From Lama glama (lineage: Eukaryota): a stretch of 64,000 nucleotides of DNA. The position numbers were made by a program, and so were the translations under genes. This document shows positions 50,346 through 64,000 of this stretch, piece by piece. Position 1 is the first letter of the stretch. Every line of letters starts with the position of its first letter. The stretch is taken from the NCBI GenBank assembly GCA_028534125.1, contig CM052816.1, positions 4,094,001 to 4,158,000 of the forward strand. The letters are read 5' to 3'. The notes under the pieces were generated by a model. It saw nothing but the letters and a program-made list of their open reading frames with translations, ran no database searches and was not told the origin of the DNA.

Positions 50346-52667
50346 AACCATTATAAGGCTTACTACATGGAGAGTGCAGTTCAATGTCTAGAATAGAGTG
50401 GATACCTAGATTAATTCCTCCTCTCCCTTTCTTCATCCCTAAATCTCTCTTAACAAGAAAGGCACAATGGCAAAGATGCATAAAAATGCATATTTTTTAA
50501 TCATTAAACTTTTAATAGCATTCTCTAAGATATGCAGGCTAATCATGATTCTGTTTGGTAAAGAAATGAAACAGAGCATAATGAAACTATGTGAGTGAGC
50601 TATAAACATAAAACAAGCCATAATAATATACATCACTAAAAGCATTTTCTGGAAAAGGCAGTCATGAGTGGTATGTAGTTAAGAACATGAGGTTTGGAAT
50701 CTGGCAGCTGTGGGTTCAAGTCCAGGCTTTGTTTCTGACCATCTGCCCGACAGCTAGTAAATTACTTAGATAAAAGCAAGTTAATTTCACTGAGCCTCAG
50801 TTTTCTAAACTATAAAATAGGTGTTAAAAGTGTCCCTCCATCCAAATGTGTGCCAAAGATTAAATGAGATGACGTATGTAGAGCACTTAGCACAATGCTT
50901 GTCAAATTACTATGTGATAACAGTTAACAACTTAATAATTGAAGTTGTTGTTCTTACAGATTAAAGTTACAGCTGAGTAGATACTATAATCATCTAGATT
51001 CGTTAGACATCAGCTGTCTGAAAAATTATTTCAGTTCCACATTTGATTATGCTTTCAGTAAAAATATATTTATAAATTTAATTTATACATTAATTGGGTT
51101 TTAACATTAACAAACAGGTTGTAGAGCTGCCTAGCATGTTTTGACATCCTAACAGCCATCAGGCATATTCTCACACTAAATTATAATATTGTAAATATTT
51201 TGTCTGCCAAAAGCCACAAGATAATTACTGTATTAGACTTCCAACTGTTAAATCTTAACCGAAGATAACGATATTATGTAATAAACAGAGAATCTAATTG
51301 CTACTTTGTGTAGATTTTCCACAACACCCCCAAAGTTATGGTAAGTACCATTTACTCCCTCTCTGTAAACTTGGGCAAAATTAAGAAGCCAATGATGCAC
51401 ATTTGATATTACACATTAGCACATTTTAATTAAATCTCTCAGAGTCTATAATAATATATGTGGCTCTAATTAACCAACTCATCAAGCTTCTAAGTGGACC
51501 AAAGAGTAAAATATCTAAACTTAAGCAAAGCAAGATCACTAAAGAAGAAAATTTTGCCAAAATTTATCTGAGTCTCTAAGGAAAACTGGTCTTCTTGGCC
51601 ATGCTGGTTCTTGGCCTTCTGAAAATACACATTCCCACTGACAGAAGCCAAAGGATGTTCATTTCACAGGTAGGAGATTAACAATATAGACAGTTGTTAG
51701 CCTATGAATAGAGTGAGAGTCAAAGGTTCAAAAAGGTGTCAGAGCCATAACTCAGAGGACAGAAACAGACAATGCAAGAGGGCCATAAAAGCCTGCCAAG
51801 GAGAAGATGGCAATTCTCAAAGATCTATGACAAAGACAAGAGTCTGAAGAAGCAAGTAGATTTGTTGGCAGCGTTTGGGCCAGCCATGACCTACTTGTTT
51901 GCTTATCTGTTTAATCAAAGTTACTGTATACCTAATATGGGCTGAACACTGTCCTAGCAATGAATATCCAGGAGGTCTGGGGGCAGGGAATATGGGTACC
52001 AAGCACAGAAGCCAAAGGCACAAGGACTAACATCCCTAAGACCTGAGCTAGGAAGCCCAGGATGAAACTCACAGCTATGAGAAGGGCGATCAGGAGCAGG
52101 GAGATAATCTAAGCCACGGGGCAGAGGTCCCTGCACAGGTGCAGGAGTGGCTAATGGCTGGGATCCCGTGAAATTAGCAACTGCAGTGGTGGGGATGGGA
52201 AAGCTGAAAGGCAGGGCAGCTGTGCGAGGCATTACAATCGGTGAACTTGGTTGCTTGGAACCTACAGGGTCATTTTCCCCCTGAAAGAGTCCACCAACAC
52301 ATATTCCAGGATGAGTCTCATCTAATAATCTAGTGAGGGCGTTAGAGAACCTTCCCTGCCTTCACAAGTGTTTCATAGGAGGAAGGTGTATGTGCTATCA
52401 GGGGACACATCCTCCACCCGCTGTTGGACTGACCTGGTGGCAGAATTAGAGACACGTCTTCCTTCTTTCCAGTCAGTGTCCATGAAAAGCTTCAGGCTGA
52501 TCTCATATCTGCCCTCCATTCCAACTTTCTTAGTACCTTCAGATACCTCCAAAGATGGTCAAGGTGTAATTTCCGAAGTGTTAAACGCAGGATTCTCATA
52601 TAAATATCCAGGGAACATATATTGGAGTTTTGATTTAGCTCATTCATGAGAGAACAAGCAAGATGGC

Positions 52668-53135
52668 TGTTATGGGTTGAACTGTGCCCCCCACCCCCAA
52701 ATGATATGTTGAAATCCAAGCTCCACCCCCCAACACCTCCAATGTAATGTTACTTGGAAATAGTGTCTTCGCAGATATAATTAAAGTGAGGTCATATTGG
52801 AGCAAGATGGGCTCGAAACCCACTATGACTGGTATTCTTGTAAGGAAACAATCTGATGGCCCAGAGAGAATGCCAGGTGACAACAGAAGCAAAGATGGGA
52901 GGGATGTAGCTGAAAGCCAAAAAACACCAAAGGTTGCCAGGCAACCACCAGAAGCTAGCAAGAGGTGAGGCAGGATTCTCCTACAGGTTTCAAAGGGAGC
53001 ATGGCCTTCCTACACCTTTATTTTGGACTGAGAGCATGTCAGTTTGGACTCCAAAACCATAAGACAATAAGGTTCTGCTGTGTGAAGGTCCTCAGACTGT
53101 GGCAACTGGCTAGGGCAGCTCTTGGAAACTGATAT
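52668..53135 (+). mobile_element. MaLR LTR (MLT1C/D-like)
   Basis: tgttatgggttgaactgtgcccccc...gcagatataattaaagtgaggtcata...ccaccagaagctag. Confidence 0.85.
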
Positions 53136-54398
53136 CCTGGGTAAAGCTGGCTTAAAGGGCATTTGAGAAACTGGACATTTATCACCATTTTTGGGGGGAT
53201 AAAAAAGAATCCTGGAATAACATTGCTAGAGAAACAAAACTGGTTTATGTCCTAGAGGACAGTGAAGTCACTACCTTGCTGGAGAGAAACTTTCCTGACA
53301 AACATCTCCAAGTTAACATGTAACATCACCAAGTCTGAGCCTTTAATCAATGCTGTATGGCGAGTCAAACTCACATGGATATGTGTCATAGTCACACTCC
53401 TGCAGACAATTCAAAAACTCACAAGTGGGCCCATTCAGAAATGCTCCAATAAGACATCCGAGGGACTTACTTCCCCTCCCAGCCTTTTCACCTCATTCCC
53501 AACATCGGTACCGCTTCTCTTGACCAGTCCCTTATTCACATGCTGCCTTCCTTGAATCTGGGGTTTTACAAGCATGCTACCCTGGCTGCTTCTCACCTAC
53601 GTGCTGACTGTTTGCAGATGAAATCTGTCACCTTGCCCACCATCCCCAAACTCTATTCTTGTCCCAGTCTGAAAACCATCAAGCTCCTCCCCTTTGAGGA
53701 GAATTAGCTCTTGAGTGGACAATTCTAGTGATCTTCTCAGGGGAACAGGCGGCTGAGTGAGATGCAGATTATTTCAGTAGAAAACAAACAAGACCCTGTG
53801 ACAAAATCTGGAAGGAAGTTTGGCCCATTCAGATGGGGAAACGTAACTGCTTTCTTTTCCTTAAATGCACCAGGAGGGTGCCATGAAATGGTCTCCCTCC
53901 AAAATCAGGAGGGTTTGAAGATTAAGGACACCCTCCCTTCCAAGAAAGGAGACAGAGGTCCTACCTTGCTAAGGATTTGGGTTCAAGGTTTAAAGGGCCA
54001 GCAAGGTCTGTTGTGTAAGAGAAAGGAGCCTGCGTGCGGGAATCTCTTCAACATATTTACCACCCAGTGTGGCAAGAGAACTTACCAAGCAGGACGGGAG
54101 CTGGTGCTGCGGAACAGAAGCGGCCGTCCGGGGGCCTCCTGTCCTGCCAGGGGTCAACACTTCAGTTAAAGGTCCGCAGCTAAGGGTGGCACTGAGGGAT
54201 TCTGGGGAACAAATCAGGGCAGACAGGGGAAGGGGCATTGGGAAGAGGGATTCTTAGAATAGAGGCCACTGATGAACCACAACGAGCTATTTCAATAGAT
54301 TCTAAAAATGTACAGTCGTCTCAGCACACACCTGCTAAGTATCAGCCCCGAAAAATCATAAAGGCTGAGCAGAAACAGAACAGGAAATCACCTGGCGA

Positions 54399-54868
54399 AG
54401 TTACTGATACCGAAGGCAAGTCTGTGTGCCTGACACACCATGAGGCCAAGCTGAAGTTTGGAGCAGAGGAAGGTTTATTGCAGGGCCGAGCAAGGAGGAC
54501 AGGGTGGCTCACGCCCAAGAAAAGCCCGAACTCCCCGGAGAGTTTCAGCAAAGCATGTTTAAAGGTCAGGCAAAGGAGCGGGGTCACAGGGTACATCAGC
54601 AGCTTGTGCACAATTCTCTGACTGGTTGATGTTGAGGGAACAGGCCGGCCAACACTATCAACCCCTAGGCACCAAAATGTCTTGGGGCCACGTGCTCACG
54701 ATCATCAAGTAGTTAATTTCTTCCCTTTGGTGGTGGTTTTTAGACTCTGAAAAACTCAGGAAATATGGATGAGATACTATTATCTGGGTGCTTCAGAGAG
54801 GAGCTACCCAGAGGATACGGGGGAGGGGTCTGTCCCGGGAAGGCCCCATGGGGTCCTGCTTGGTCACA
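54399..54868 (-). mobile_element. Solo ERV LTR
   Basis: gagcagaggaaggtttattgcaggg (AATAAA on the minus strand)...ggggtcctgcttggtcaca, an ERV1-type LTR pattern. Confidence 0.7.
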
Positions 54869-56718
54869 CTATGAAAGGAAATGGATAGACTTCCCAGGTG
54901 CCCCAAGACAACCAAGAATCCAACAGGAGGGTACTGGTGTCCTTGGCTTTGGCGGGGTGGGTGTTAGAACTTTCCCCCCCTAGCAGGTGGTTGGACAGCA
55001 TGGGTTTGAGAACCCCTCAGCTGGCAGAATGTTCAATGCCACCCTAGAACAGCAGCTTTCCATTTTAAAGCTTAAAACAAAGTAGAATCCATTCATTTAT
55101 CTTTGATATTCATCTTTGATTTTTCCCCACCAGGCAAGGCAGCCCGAATTGAAGGATGAAAATCTAGGAATGCATTTTTATATTTTATCTTGGAGTGGTG
55201 GAAGTTAGGAAAAATGATTCCTCCTTTCTAGTGTCAAGTGAAGAGAACCAACTTTCTCTGGCTCTCCGCTATGGTATGATTAGATATATCGCCAGGCTCA
55301 GTAAAGTGGTGCAGTTTCATTTCCTGGGAGGAAGAGAGGTTTAAATCCACCAGACAATTCATTTGTAACAAGCTTACAAGTGCTTGCAAGCATGCAATAA
55401 CTATCTACCCAGCTTGAACGAGTCAGTGAATGGAAGAAAGGCTTTTGACCTCAAATAAAAAAAATGAAAGGGATTTGTCATTTTGACTTTGGTTCTGAAT
55501 TCAAAATCAATGCCAAGACAGAAAATGCCATAATGCATATAAACGCTGTCAGTGACCTCCTTTAGAAAATAGGATGAAATATCAGTAGTCACTGGAGGAA
55601 TTCGGGTCTTACACACGATCAATAGAGACTCCACCAACATTCCAACAACATAATGATAATAATAATAGCAGCTCACACTGACTGACTGTTAACTCTGCTA
55701 GAGATGGTGCAAAGGGCTAAATGTTCATTCTCTCAACTGGGCTTCACAACAGTCCCTCTGAAGGACTTATTCTTACCCCGGCTTCACAGATTTAGAGTAA
55801 AGTGCAGATACGAGAGGTTATGCAATTTGCTGTCAGTAAATGGAGAAGCTGGAGTCCAAACTCAGGCTCACCTGGTACTAGAGCCCAGGATCTGAAACAC
55901 TGATTGTACCATCATATCACGGAACAGCTCAGAAAAAATCTGGGGAGGGGGGGCGCCACCTAATCATGGATCCTGGAATGTGAGTCCAAGAGACGGAGGG
56001 AGCACGAGAAGCGGCTCCTGGCATTAAAAAAACAAAACAAATAAAACAAACAAACAAAAATGAAGATGACCGTTGAAAGCTACCTAATTCTCATCTTAGT
56101 GTGATTTGATTTCCTTCCTTGAGATCTTTTTTAATTCTGTTAGAATACCCTCGGTGAACTGCAGGCTTGGCCCAAAGTGTCCTAATGCAAGCTGGAGAGC
56201 AAGATCAATCAGAAGTCCATTAGGAGAGGCATGAAGGGGAAGTGGCTGAATGCAGCCAACGCCAAGAGAGGATCGGGGCCCTTCTCAAATGTTTCCGCCG
56301 TCTTTGGTGTCAGGTGCTTCCTGAAATGCTGGAACTCTAGAGTCAGTTTCCCATTATCCACCTGTGACTTCCTCACTTAGCAGACTGATCTTGAAGCCTT
56401 TGAAGCTTTATGCTCAAAGGGGCTGCAGCCCTCATAGAGCTTACTCCAGGCCCCGCTCCCTCCTGCTCGCTAGAACTGACCACGCATTGGAAGACCAGCT
56501 GAACGGGCTGTGGTTCCCCGAACTCCCCAGTCACTCCCCTATTGAGAAGCCATGACTTTTCTTCTGTCTACATTTAGGTCTGTGTCATGACTGCACTCCC
56601 CACACTGTGTGCTCACAGAACCCGAGGCAGGGACGGACAATGATCTGGGAAAACGGGGATTAATTCAATCTGACTGGAGCCAAGAATTCTGTATGTATTT
56701 CTTTTAAGAGGTGGGCTC

Positions 56719-56897
56719 CGAAAAGGATTGACTGTACAGCATAGGGAATTAATGCCCAGTATCCTGTAATAATCTATCATGGAATATAATCTGCAAAAAA
56801 CCTGAATCACTCTGTTCTATACCTGAAACTAACACACTAGTATACAACAACTATCCTGCAATTTAAGAAAATAAATAAGTAAATGAATAAATAATAA
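56719..56897 (+). mobile_element. Short L1 3' end
   Basis: L1 tail with TSD core gaggtgggctc on both sides. Confidence 0.8.
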
Positions 56898-58339
56898 AGG
56901 AGGTGGGCTCACCCACCTAGCTTACAGAGCATTTGTACTCCATCGAAATTCTTTGACAAGGTCACATGACAGAAATGTATGAAAGAAGGCCAAGCAGCAA
57001 GCTTTCCTTTTTTCTTTCCTAATCAAGACAGAGCTTGGAAGGGTTGAAAGAGTTCAAGCTTTCTTGGGAAGCTGATCTGGGTTTGAGTTCAGGCTCCACC
57101 ACTGACTGGCTGGATGATCTTGGGCAAATCCCTGCTGCTTTCTGCCACTCTTCTGGTCTGTGACGGGGAAAAACTAGCACTTACATCTTCCCGGTGGCTG
57201 TGATTATACAGTGAGATAGTAGGTGAAAAGCCCCTCATTTAATACGGGGAACACTGTGGTTGTTCAGTAAATCGGAGAGAATCACCATTTTCATGATCGC
57301 TGTCATTAACAGTAGGAGTAGCAGCAGTGTCCTGCTACTGAAAAGAGCAACGTCCAAGTGCTGGATATATTATGAATAATCGCTACCCTCAAAACACAAA
57401 TATTATATTTAAGAACTAGACATATTTGTAGATTTTTAAATATGCTTTGCCTCTAGCTATGAATATCAAGCAGCATCCTATCCTGAAATAAGGACTAGCA
57501 TAACTAATTAAGACGCTTTCCATTTATGTATTCTTTGAAGATACTAATTCAAGAGAATTGCTTAATCTTCTTCTTTCTTAGTCTATTTAGCATGCAAAAT
57601 ATAAATGGACTTCCCTGAGACCCTAATAATATGAAATACAAGATAAGGCCACTTGCTTTCAAATTAAAACAAAATCTATGTTTCTATCTTTGTCCCGAAT
57701 ATAGTGACTAATGGAGCCCTAACGCTTTGATCTACCACTTGAAAAATATCAAAACATCTTTAATATGCAAATAAAGGCAAGGGCTTGTGGGGTCATCCGC
57801 AGCAGGTTTTCCCCCCTTATAACAGTAATTGGAAAATCTATGGGGGCCCTGAGGATCATTACTCTAAAAATAATTCTACCACCAACAAAAATCCAGTAGC
57901 TTATCCTTAGCCACATTTGGAAATGAAATTTAGATATTAAACAGTATTGATTTCCATTCAAAAGCTGCTTTGACCACCTCTATATCAATCCCCCTGACTT
58001 GAAAGGAGGATGGGTGGAAACCAGTAGGTCATTTATCTTGTCAGAAATCTCAGCAATGTGCCCAGATGCATCAAACACTGGATGGGGCTACTTTGAGTTC
58101 CCATTTCCACTGGGTAACTGACTTTCCATCAACCCTGCAGTCAGCCTCAGCCCAGGTCAGACAGCTCTGAGGAAGAGGGAAAGGACTGAAAACACACATT
58201 AGAACTGATGAGAAGGACCTTTCAAGATGAGGGTAGGAGTAGGGGAGTGTGAATTGAATTTCCTTCCAAGTGATGTAATGACCTCTAAAACCCTTGTTCA
58301 CACTCCCAGGGTTTATCAACACAACCCTCTTCCTTTCTT

Positions 58340-58850
58340 TATTCAACAAATACTTATCTAACTTTGATCTTGTGCCAGCAAGCTGTTAGGTGCTGGGATT
58401 AAAGCGACAAACCAATACAAAAGAAAGCCCTTACAGAGCTTAGAGGCTATTGGGAAAGGCAGAAAGCAAGCAACTGACTGTACAGATAAATACGTCACTT
58501 TAAGTTATGACACCTACTTGGAAGAAAGTACTAATGGCATGTTATGAGGACTAATGGGGAAACTGATTAGACAGGGTGGGACTACAGAGGACATGACATT
58601 TAGGCTCGGTTATGGGGTAAGTGGGATTTAGCCAGAAAGAAAAAGCATTCAAGGCACAAGGAGCTGAACACTAAGAAACTGGAAGTCAGGAGCAGGTAGC
58701 ATGAGGGATTCCTGAGATGGGATGACACTACCCCATGATGAGGGCGTTTTGGTACAGACTCTTCCGCAGGTCTTTCTTGACCATAGCAAGGATTGTGGAG
58801 TTGGTTCTAAGTAAAATGGAAATGATTTTAAGCAGGGAGGTGACATGAAT
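58340..58850 (+). mobile_element. L2 fragment
   Basis: tttattcaacaaatactt...ggtgctgggat...gattttaagcagggaggtgacatga. Confidence 0.75.
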
Positions 58851-59377
58851 AAAATAAACAGGCAGTAAAAATCTACTAGAGTTTTCTAGACTACTAGATA
58901 TTCTAGAATGTTCTATTTGATTCCCCCTGACCCCATGGAAAATTTCTATAATGTTGGATGGGTTTAAGACAGTTTTTAATCAAGACTGGTTCCTTCCTTT
59001 AGATCTCCTGCAGCAGAATCAGCCAAGGTAGTTGTTAAAAAAGCTGAAGTCCTCAGCAGACCTACTCAATCAGAATTGTTTAGGTGTGGAGTCTAAAAAT
59101 CTGCTTTCTGAAGGGCCCCTCTGAGTAATTTCAGCATGCTCAAAATTGCCTGGGCCCAGCAGTTACTCTAGGAGTCCAACAGAAGAGTCTCTGTGGAGCA
59201 GAGTGTATTCAGGGCAGGCTGGCGTCCCAAGGGTGAAGTAACAGGGGCCAGGGGGGCACAAGCAGACAGAGGCTCGCGGCGGGGCCTGAGTGAGAGCGCG
59301 TCTCTCCACGGGAAGCATGCAAGCAGCCCGCCCACAGGGCACGCCATCCTCATAGCGCAGGGAGACCCACCCACATC

Positions 59378-59745
59378 GGTTTGCCAGGGCTGCCCTAGCA
59401 GAGGACCACCAGACTGGGTGGCTAAAACAGTAGAAATTTATCTTCCTACAGTTCTGCAGGCTAGAAGTCCAAGATCAAGGTGTCAGCAGAGTTGGTTTCT
59501 TCTGCGGCCTCTTTCCTTGGTTGATAGATGACCGTCTCCTCCCTTTATCTTCCTGTCATCTCTCCTCCATGTGTCTTGTGTCCCAATGTCTTATCAGAGC
59601 ACCACTCATATTGGATCAGGAGTCACCCTAATCATCTCATTTTAACTAAATTACTTCTTTTAAGACTGTTTCCAAAGGCAGCCACGTACTAAGTTAGGAC
59701 TGCAACATACGTGTTAGGGAGGCCACAGAATGGCCCATTAACACC
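59378..59745 (-). mobile_element. MaLR LTR (MLT1A/B-like)
   Basis: ccagactgggtggctaaaacagtagaaatttat...agaagtccaagatcaaggtgtcagca. Confidence 0.85.
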
Positions 59746-61399
59746 GTCTGACTCCCCTTTCGCTTCGTTTCAAGTTGAGACTCCACACATCAGGAGACTC
59801 TTTCCCTCTTTTTGATTCTGGGTCTCACTGTCAGTTAAACCGATTGTATCTTCTGACCGAACTTAAGCTTCTCAGAGGTTACCTATTTTTGTACTACCAG
59901 GGGTACTTTTTTTTTTCCCCAAAATGGAGCAGATTTAAGAACTCAAATATTTGATTATGCCAACCATTGCTTGTAATAAGAACACACATAATAACAATAC
60001 TAGAGTTCAGAGAAGAACAACCAAAAAAATAGTATTTTGCCATGATAATAAGGAATACGATAACCAGTGACATCCTTTCAGAACAATAAAGTTTAAAACT
60101 TTCTAAGCACCAAACAAAACTCCTGATCCTTGCTTTTCATACTTAACAATATATGTTAGAACTCTAGGGGGTTTTTTTTGATACTACCTTCATCCTCACT
60201 GGTCCCTCTGGGTCAGTCATTGAAGGCGGGGCTCTGCCTGAGTCTTGGCATGCTGTATTTACTTCTAAGTTTTAATTCAAATAAATCAGTCACTCCTATG
60301 ATTATTTTTTTACTCATAATCATCTAGTCCTCATCGTAATATATTTCACTTAAAAATGTAATTGCTGGCCAAGATAAGATACGTACCTAATGGAAAAAAT
60401 TATACTCAGCTCAAGCAAATTAGATGTTCAGTAATACCTCGTACAGAACATAAGTATTTGGAAACAGAATTGTTAACTAACAAGAATATTGTTTCAATGG
60501 AAAAGATTGAGAGACCCTGCAGTTTTGTCGATAAAGCCCTGTCTTATTTTCTTATTTCTCCATGGAACCTAAATGCTAGGCATCCCCTGGATGGTTCCAG
60601 TGAAAGACAGAAGCTCCAAAATCTTGCAGGGGAATAAGCACTGATTGGAGGCGGAGGCATCATCCTCTGATCCAGTGTCCTCCGCATGCGGTCTCTGGAC
60701 CAGCATCACTGACTGGGAACTTACTAGAAACACAAATTCTCAGGCTCCATCCCAGACCTTCTGAAATGGACACCCTAGTGGGGTGGGGAGGGCAGCCACC
60801 TGTGTTTTAATAAGCCCTCCAGTGGATTTTGATCCCCACTCCCATTTCAGAGCCACTGGTCAAGTCCGAAGTCAGAGCCCTAAGCGTCCTCTCGATGCAT
60901 CACCGAGTTTGGGGATGGGGTGGAGGCGAGAAGAGCGGGAGACCATGAAGACAGGGAAGAGGGAAGGCGGAATGTGGACCCAGGGAGCAAAACCAATCTG
61001 GGCACATTTTAGTCTCTGCCACTGACATCAATATGAATACCTTTCTTTTATTTGTTTCATAAATTAGGGCTTCATAGATGGCTTCATAGAAAAAATCATT
61101 TTTCTGCTTTTTAAAACAATTTTAAAAACCACATCTACAGGCAGTATTTCCCTTAGAATAGGGAGAGAGGTGCTTCATGCTTAAAAAACATCTGTTGAGC
61201 TCTCCTCTGGCCACAACCTTCCCCACAGACACAAGGCACACAAGGGGTCCAGGACCTTCGAGACTATGTTCCGCATTTGGGGTCCCAGATCTGCCAGCCC
61301 ACACATGCCCAAGTCTGCCTCCCAGGCCTGTGCTGCTGGCCTCTTGCCCGGGGCCATCTCGAATGTAAACCCAAGAGGTCATGCAATAAATAGTATGCA

Positions 61400-61610
61400 C
61401 GTCAGTTCAATTTCCCGAGGAGCCTGCACACTGTTATCCATAGTGGCTGCACCCATTTACATTCCCACCAACAGTACACAGGGTTCCCCTCTTCTCTACG
61501 TCCTCAGCAACACTTGTTAAATCATTTTATTTTTTAATAACAATTACCCTAACAAGCGTGAGGTGATAGCTTATTGTGGTTTTGATTTGCATTTCCCTGA
61601 TGATTAGTGA
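61400..61610 (-). mobile_element. L1 ORF2 fragment
   Basis: catttacattcccaccaacag...ggttttgatttgcatttccctgatgattagtga. Confidence 0.85.
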
Positions 61611-64000
61611 GGTTCTTGATAAATACTTGCTAAATAAATGAAAGAAAAACAAATCACTGAAGAAGCCAGTTTAAAAGGATCATATTTCCCAAATAACATT
61701 AAGTCTACCCATGAAGCCCACATCATTAAGTGAGTTGGGCAGGGTATCCTAGGATGGAGGGAACACCAAATCCATTCCTTAGGCATTTACCGGTTAGCAG
61801 AGGAGACAAACACAAGAACCAATGATTTCCACAGGAGCTGCTGAAGGTGCAGCTGTTAATCCTACTTGTCCAACGGTTTATCACAGTCTTTGTCTTCAAA
61901 ATTTACCGAAAACCCTGGAGTAACACTCCGAAGGGGATTAAATGGGTAGGGTCCTAAATGTGGGCAAACTAGTCATAGACACTAAGGTTTCTCATTATCC
62001 AGCAGATGTCTGGGCTCAGTGCTCATTCTGAGTATGCGAGCTGGAGGAGGGTGTTAGTTACAGGTGAAGGTACTGTAAACTCAGAGACACCATCTTTCTA
62101 CAAACACAAATTCTTTGGTTCTTTAAGTACTTTCTTTGGTTCTTTAAGAACATTTGGGAGCTGCAAATAAGACAGAGCTGCTCGAACACTCACTTCTAAT
62201 GAGATCATCAAAGAAAACTAACAAAGAATGTCTGAACTTGGCTCATTTTACAGCCACCTTCCACTGTGCACTCTGTCATTAGGGGATCCCAGCAGGTAAG
62301 TCGTAAACAGTGTAAGTTAGTGCTGTTACTAAGCTTCCTGCAAAATCCCAGGACTTAACAAGCTTTTCAGGGTAGAAAGACATTTTATGTATGCTGCTTT
62401 GTACATTATGAGTATTTTCCTGCACGGCACCCTGTAATGCACATGGCCAGACCTACCATTTAAGGCTGACAAGACAGATCTACACCACAGAGGAAAACGT
62501 GCCCCCAGTGGATGATGAAATACGTGGAGCATGTTTTGTGGTGATGCCATCAATGAAAACTCTTCATTTTTCTAATTACAATATAAGCCAAAAGAAGAAC
62601 CCAGGGAGCAGAGAAATGGCACTAGTCAGCATTTTTTTCAGAAAACACCCACGTGGAATTTTAAATAAGCTTTGAATTGAACTAAAAAGCGCCTTTTCCT
62701 AAGTTATGTTCTTGCCTGACAATAAAAAAAAATATTTAACAGATAATTTTAAAAGTCAAACTATGTGTAACATGCCCAGATTTATCACTGCAGTTCATTT
62801 AGCTAATTAACTGACTAGAATTCTACATTTGGCTTCCTGTTATTTTTTTTAAGATAACAGGAATTATTTTCATGAAGTTTGATTATTACATTAAACTGCA
62901 GTAACTCCATCACTCTGTAAAATTATTATGCTACAGAGATCTTCATATTTATGAAAAGCATCAGCATCTCCAATGCCCGAGGCAACCAACGCTTGTCATC
63001 CTAACACACAAGACAATCAAGTCCTACCCAGAGGCAGGCTCTGACACGTGCACACGCAATGCTTAGAAGTTTCCTTCCCAATCTCATAAGCTAAGGTTTA
63101 TGCATTTCAAAATAATCTATACTGTGTATGGACGACGGGAAATTTCAGATTGAACATAGGACTGCTGTGCAACTTAAAGGGGCAGACTATTTTCCAAAGA
63201 GAATCACTATAGTATCTCTCATTCTGCATGCTTCTTTTTTGAATGTAAGGTTGGTCAAGGATGTGGGTGGAGTATATACTGTGGAGGGGTCGGCTTGCAT
63301 CGGAAGAGTTGCTCTTGAGCAGAGCAAGTGTCTAGTATCTCTAAGAATTAGCTGACCCTTGGAGGGCAGTCACTCCAGCATCAGGAAGGCCCCAGATGTC
63401 AAATCATCAGAAATTCAGAAAAGAAAAAGGCATGCTTCCAAAGATGATTCCAGCCCCAGTCATCATGCAATCCCATATCTAAGGGCTTTGAGGATCTGGG
63501 CATTTTACAGCTGAGAAAATCTATCCTTGCTGTGCCCTGACTACCTAACCAAGAGAGCCACAGGCATAGTGAGCCAGCTGTTTGATGCCACCTCACTGGA
63601 GGGCAGTTTGTTACACAGCAGTAGATAACCAACACAAAGCCCTGGCTGGAGCGATGGTGATTTCGATCAGCTCTGGTTCATTTTGCCTTGTGGAAGGGGG
63701 AGTTCCTGAGTAGGCTGTTTCTCTCAGCATTATATTTTCACCAATTAGTGTTCATGAATGATATGAAAATGTGTTTAGCTTATTTTTCCCCCTGCCTGTG
63801 GGAAGAGTTCTCCTGGATTAGTGGTATTAATTTTTCAACATTCTCATGAAATTTCCCTTATTAAAAAGAGAAGGGACAAGTTGCAGTTTCTAAACCTGTA
63901 CCACCTGAGGCAGTCCTGGTGAAAAACACGTAACCTGACCTTCCTCAGCAAAAAGAACAGCGGCAGGCTTTTGCGTAACCTGTACCAAACCAGAAGGATA

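Noticed and set aside
27000..64000. ORF-track entries in the right half as genes
   Set aside because: They are short, often inside LTR/L1/MIR sequence, show no recognisable domain, and I found no consistent exon chain.

Overview
Mammalian genomic DNA, most likely a camelid (artiodactyl-type L1 3' ends and a tRNA-derived SINE resembling camelid Vic-1), with two 500-N gaps. I can support no intact protein-coding gene, and most of the ORF track is noise. The main signal is in the left 27 kb. On the minus strand about 25-30 segments with AG...GT boundaries, often in matching splice phase and separated by short introns, join into one long protein-like frame broken by many stops and frameshifts. 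It runs from a CpG-rich candidate first exon (~26.9 kb) to the left edge of the window, and I read it as a decayed, intron-containing (unitary-type) pseudogene. By eye, against my recollection of human GREB1, its translation follows the GREB1/GREB1L motif order: a circularly permuted SF2-helicase-like module, then the start of a TET/JBP-associated glycosyltransferase (TAGT) domain. It is far too divergent to be GREB1 or GREB1L, so it may be a fossil of a further GREB1-like paralog. This needs a profile search to confirm. The right 37 kb is intergenic: repeats plus some repeat-poor, enhancer-like stretches. Repeat family names come from recalled consensus sequences and their boundaries are approximate.
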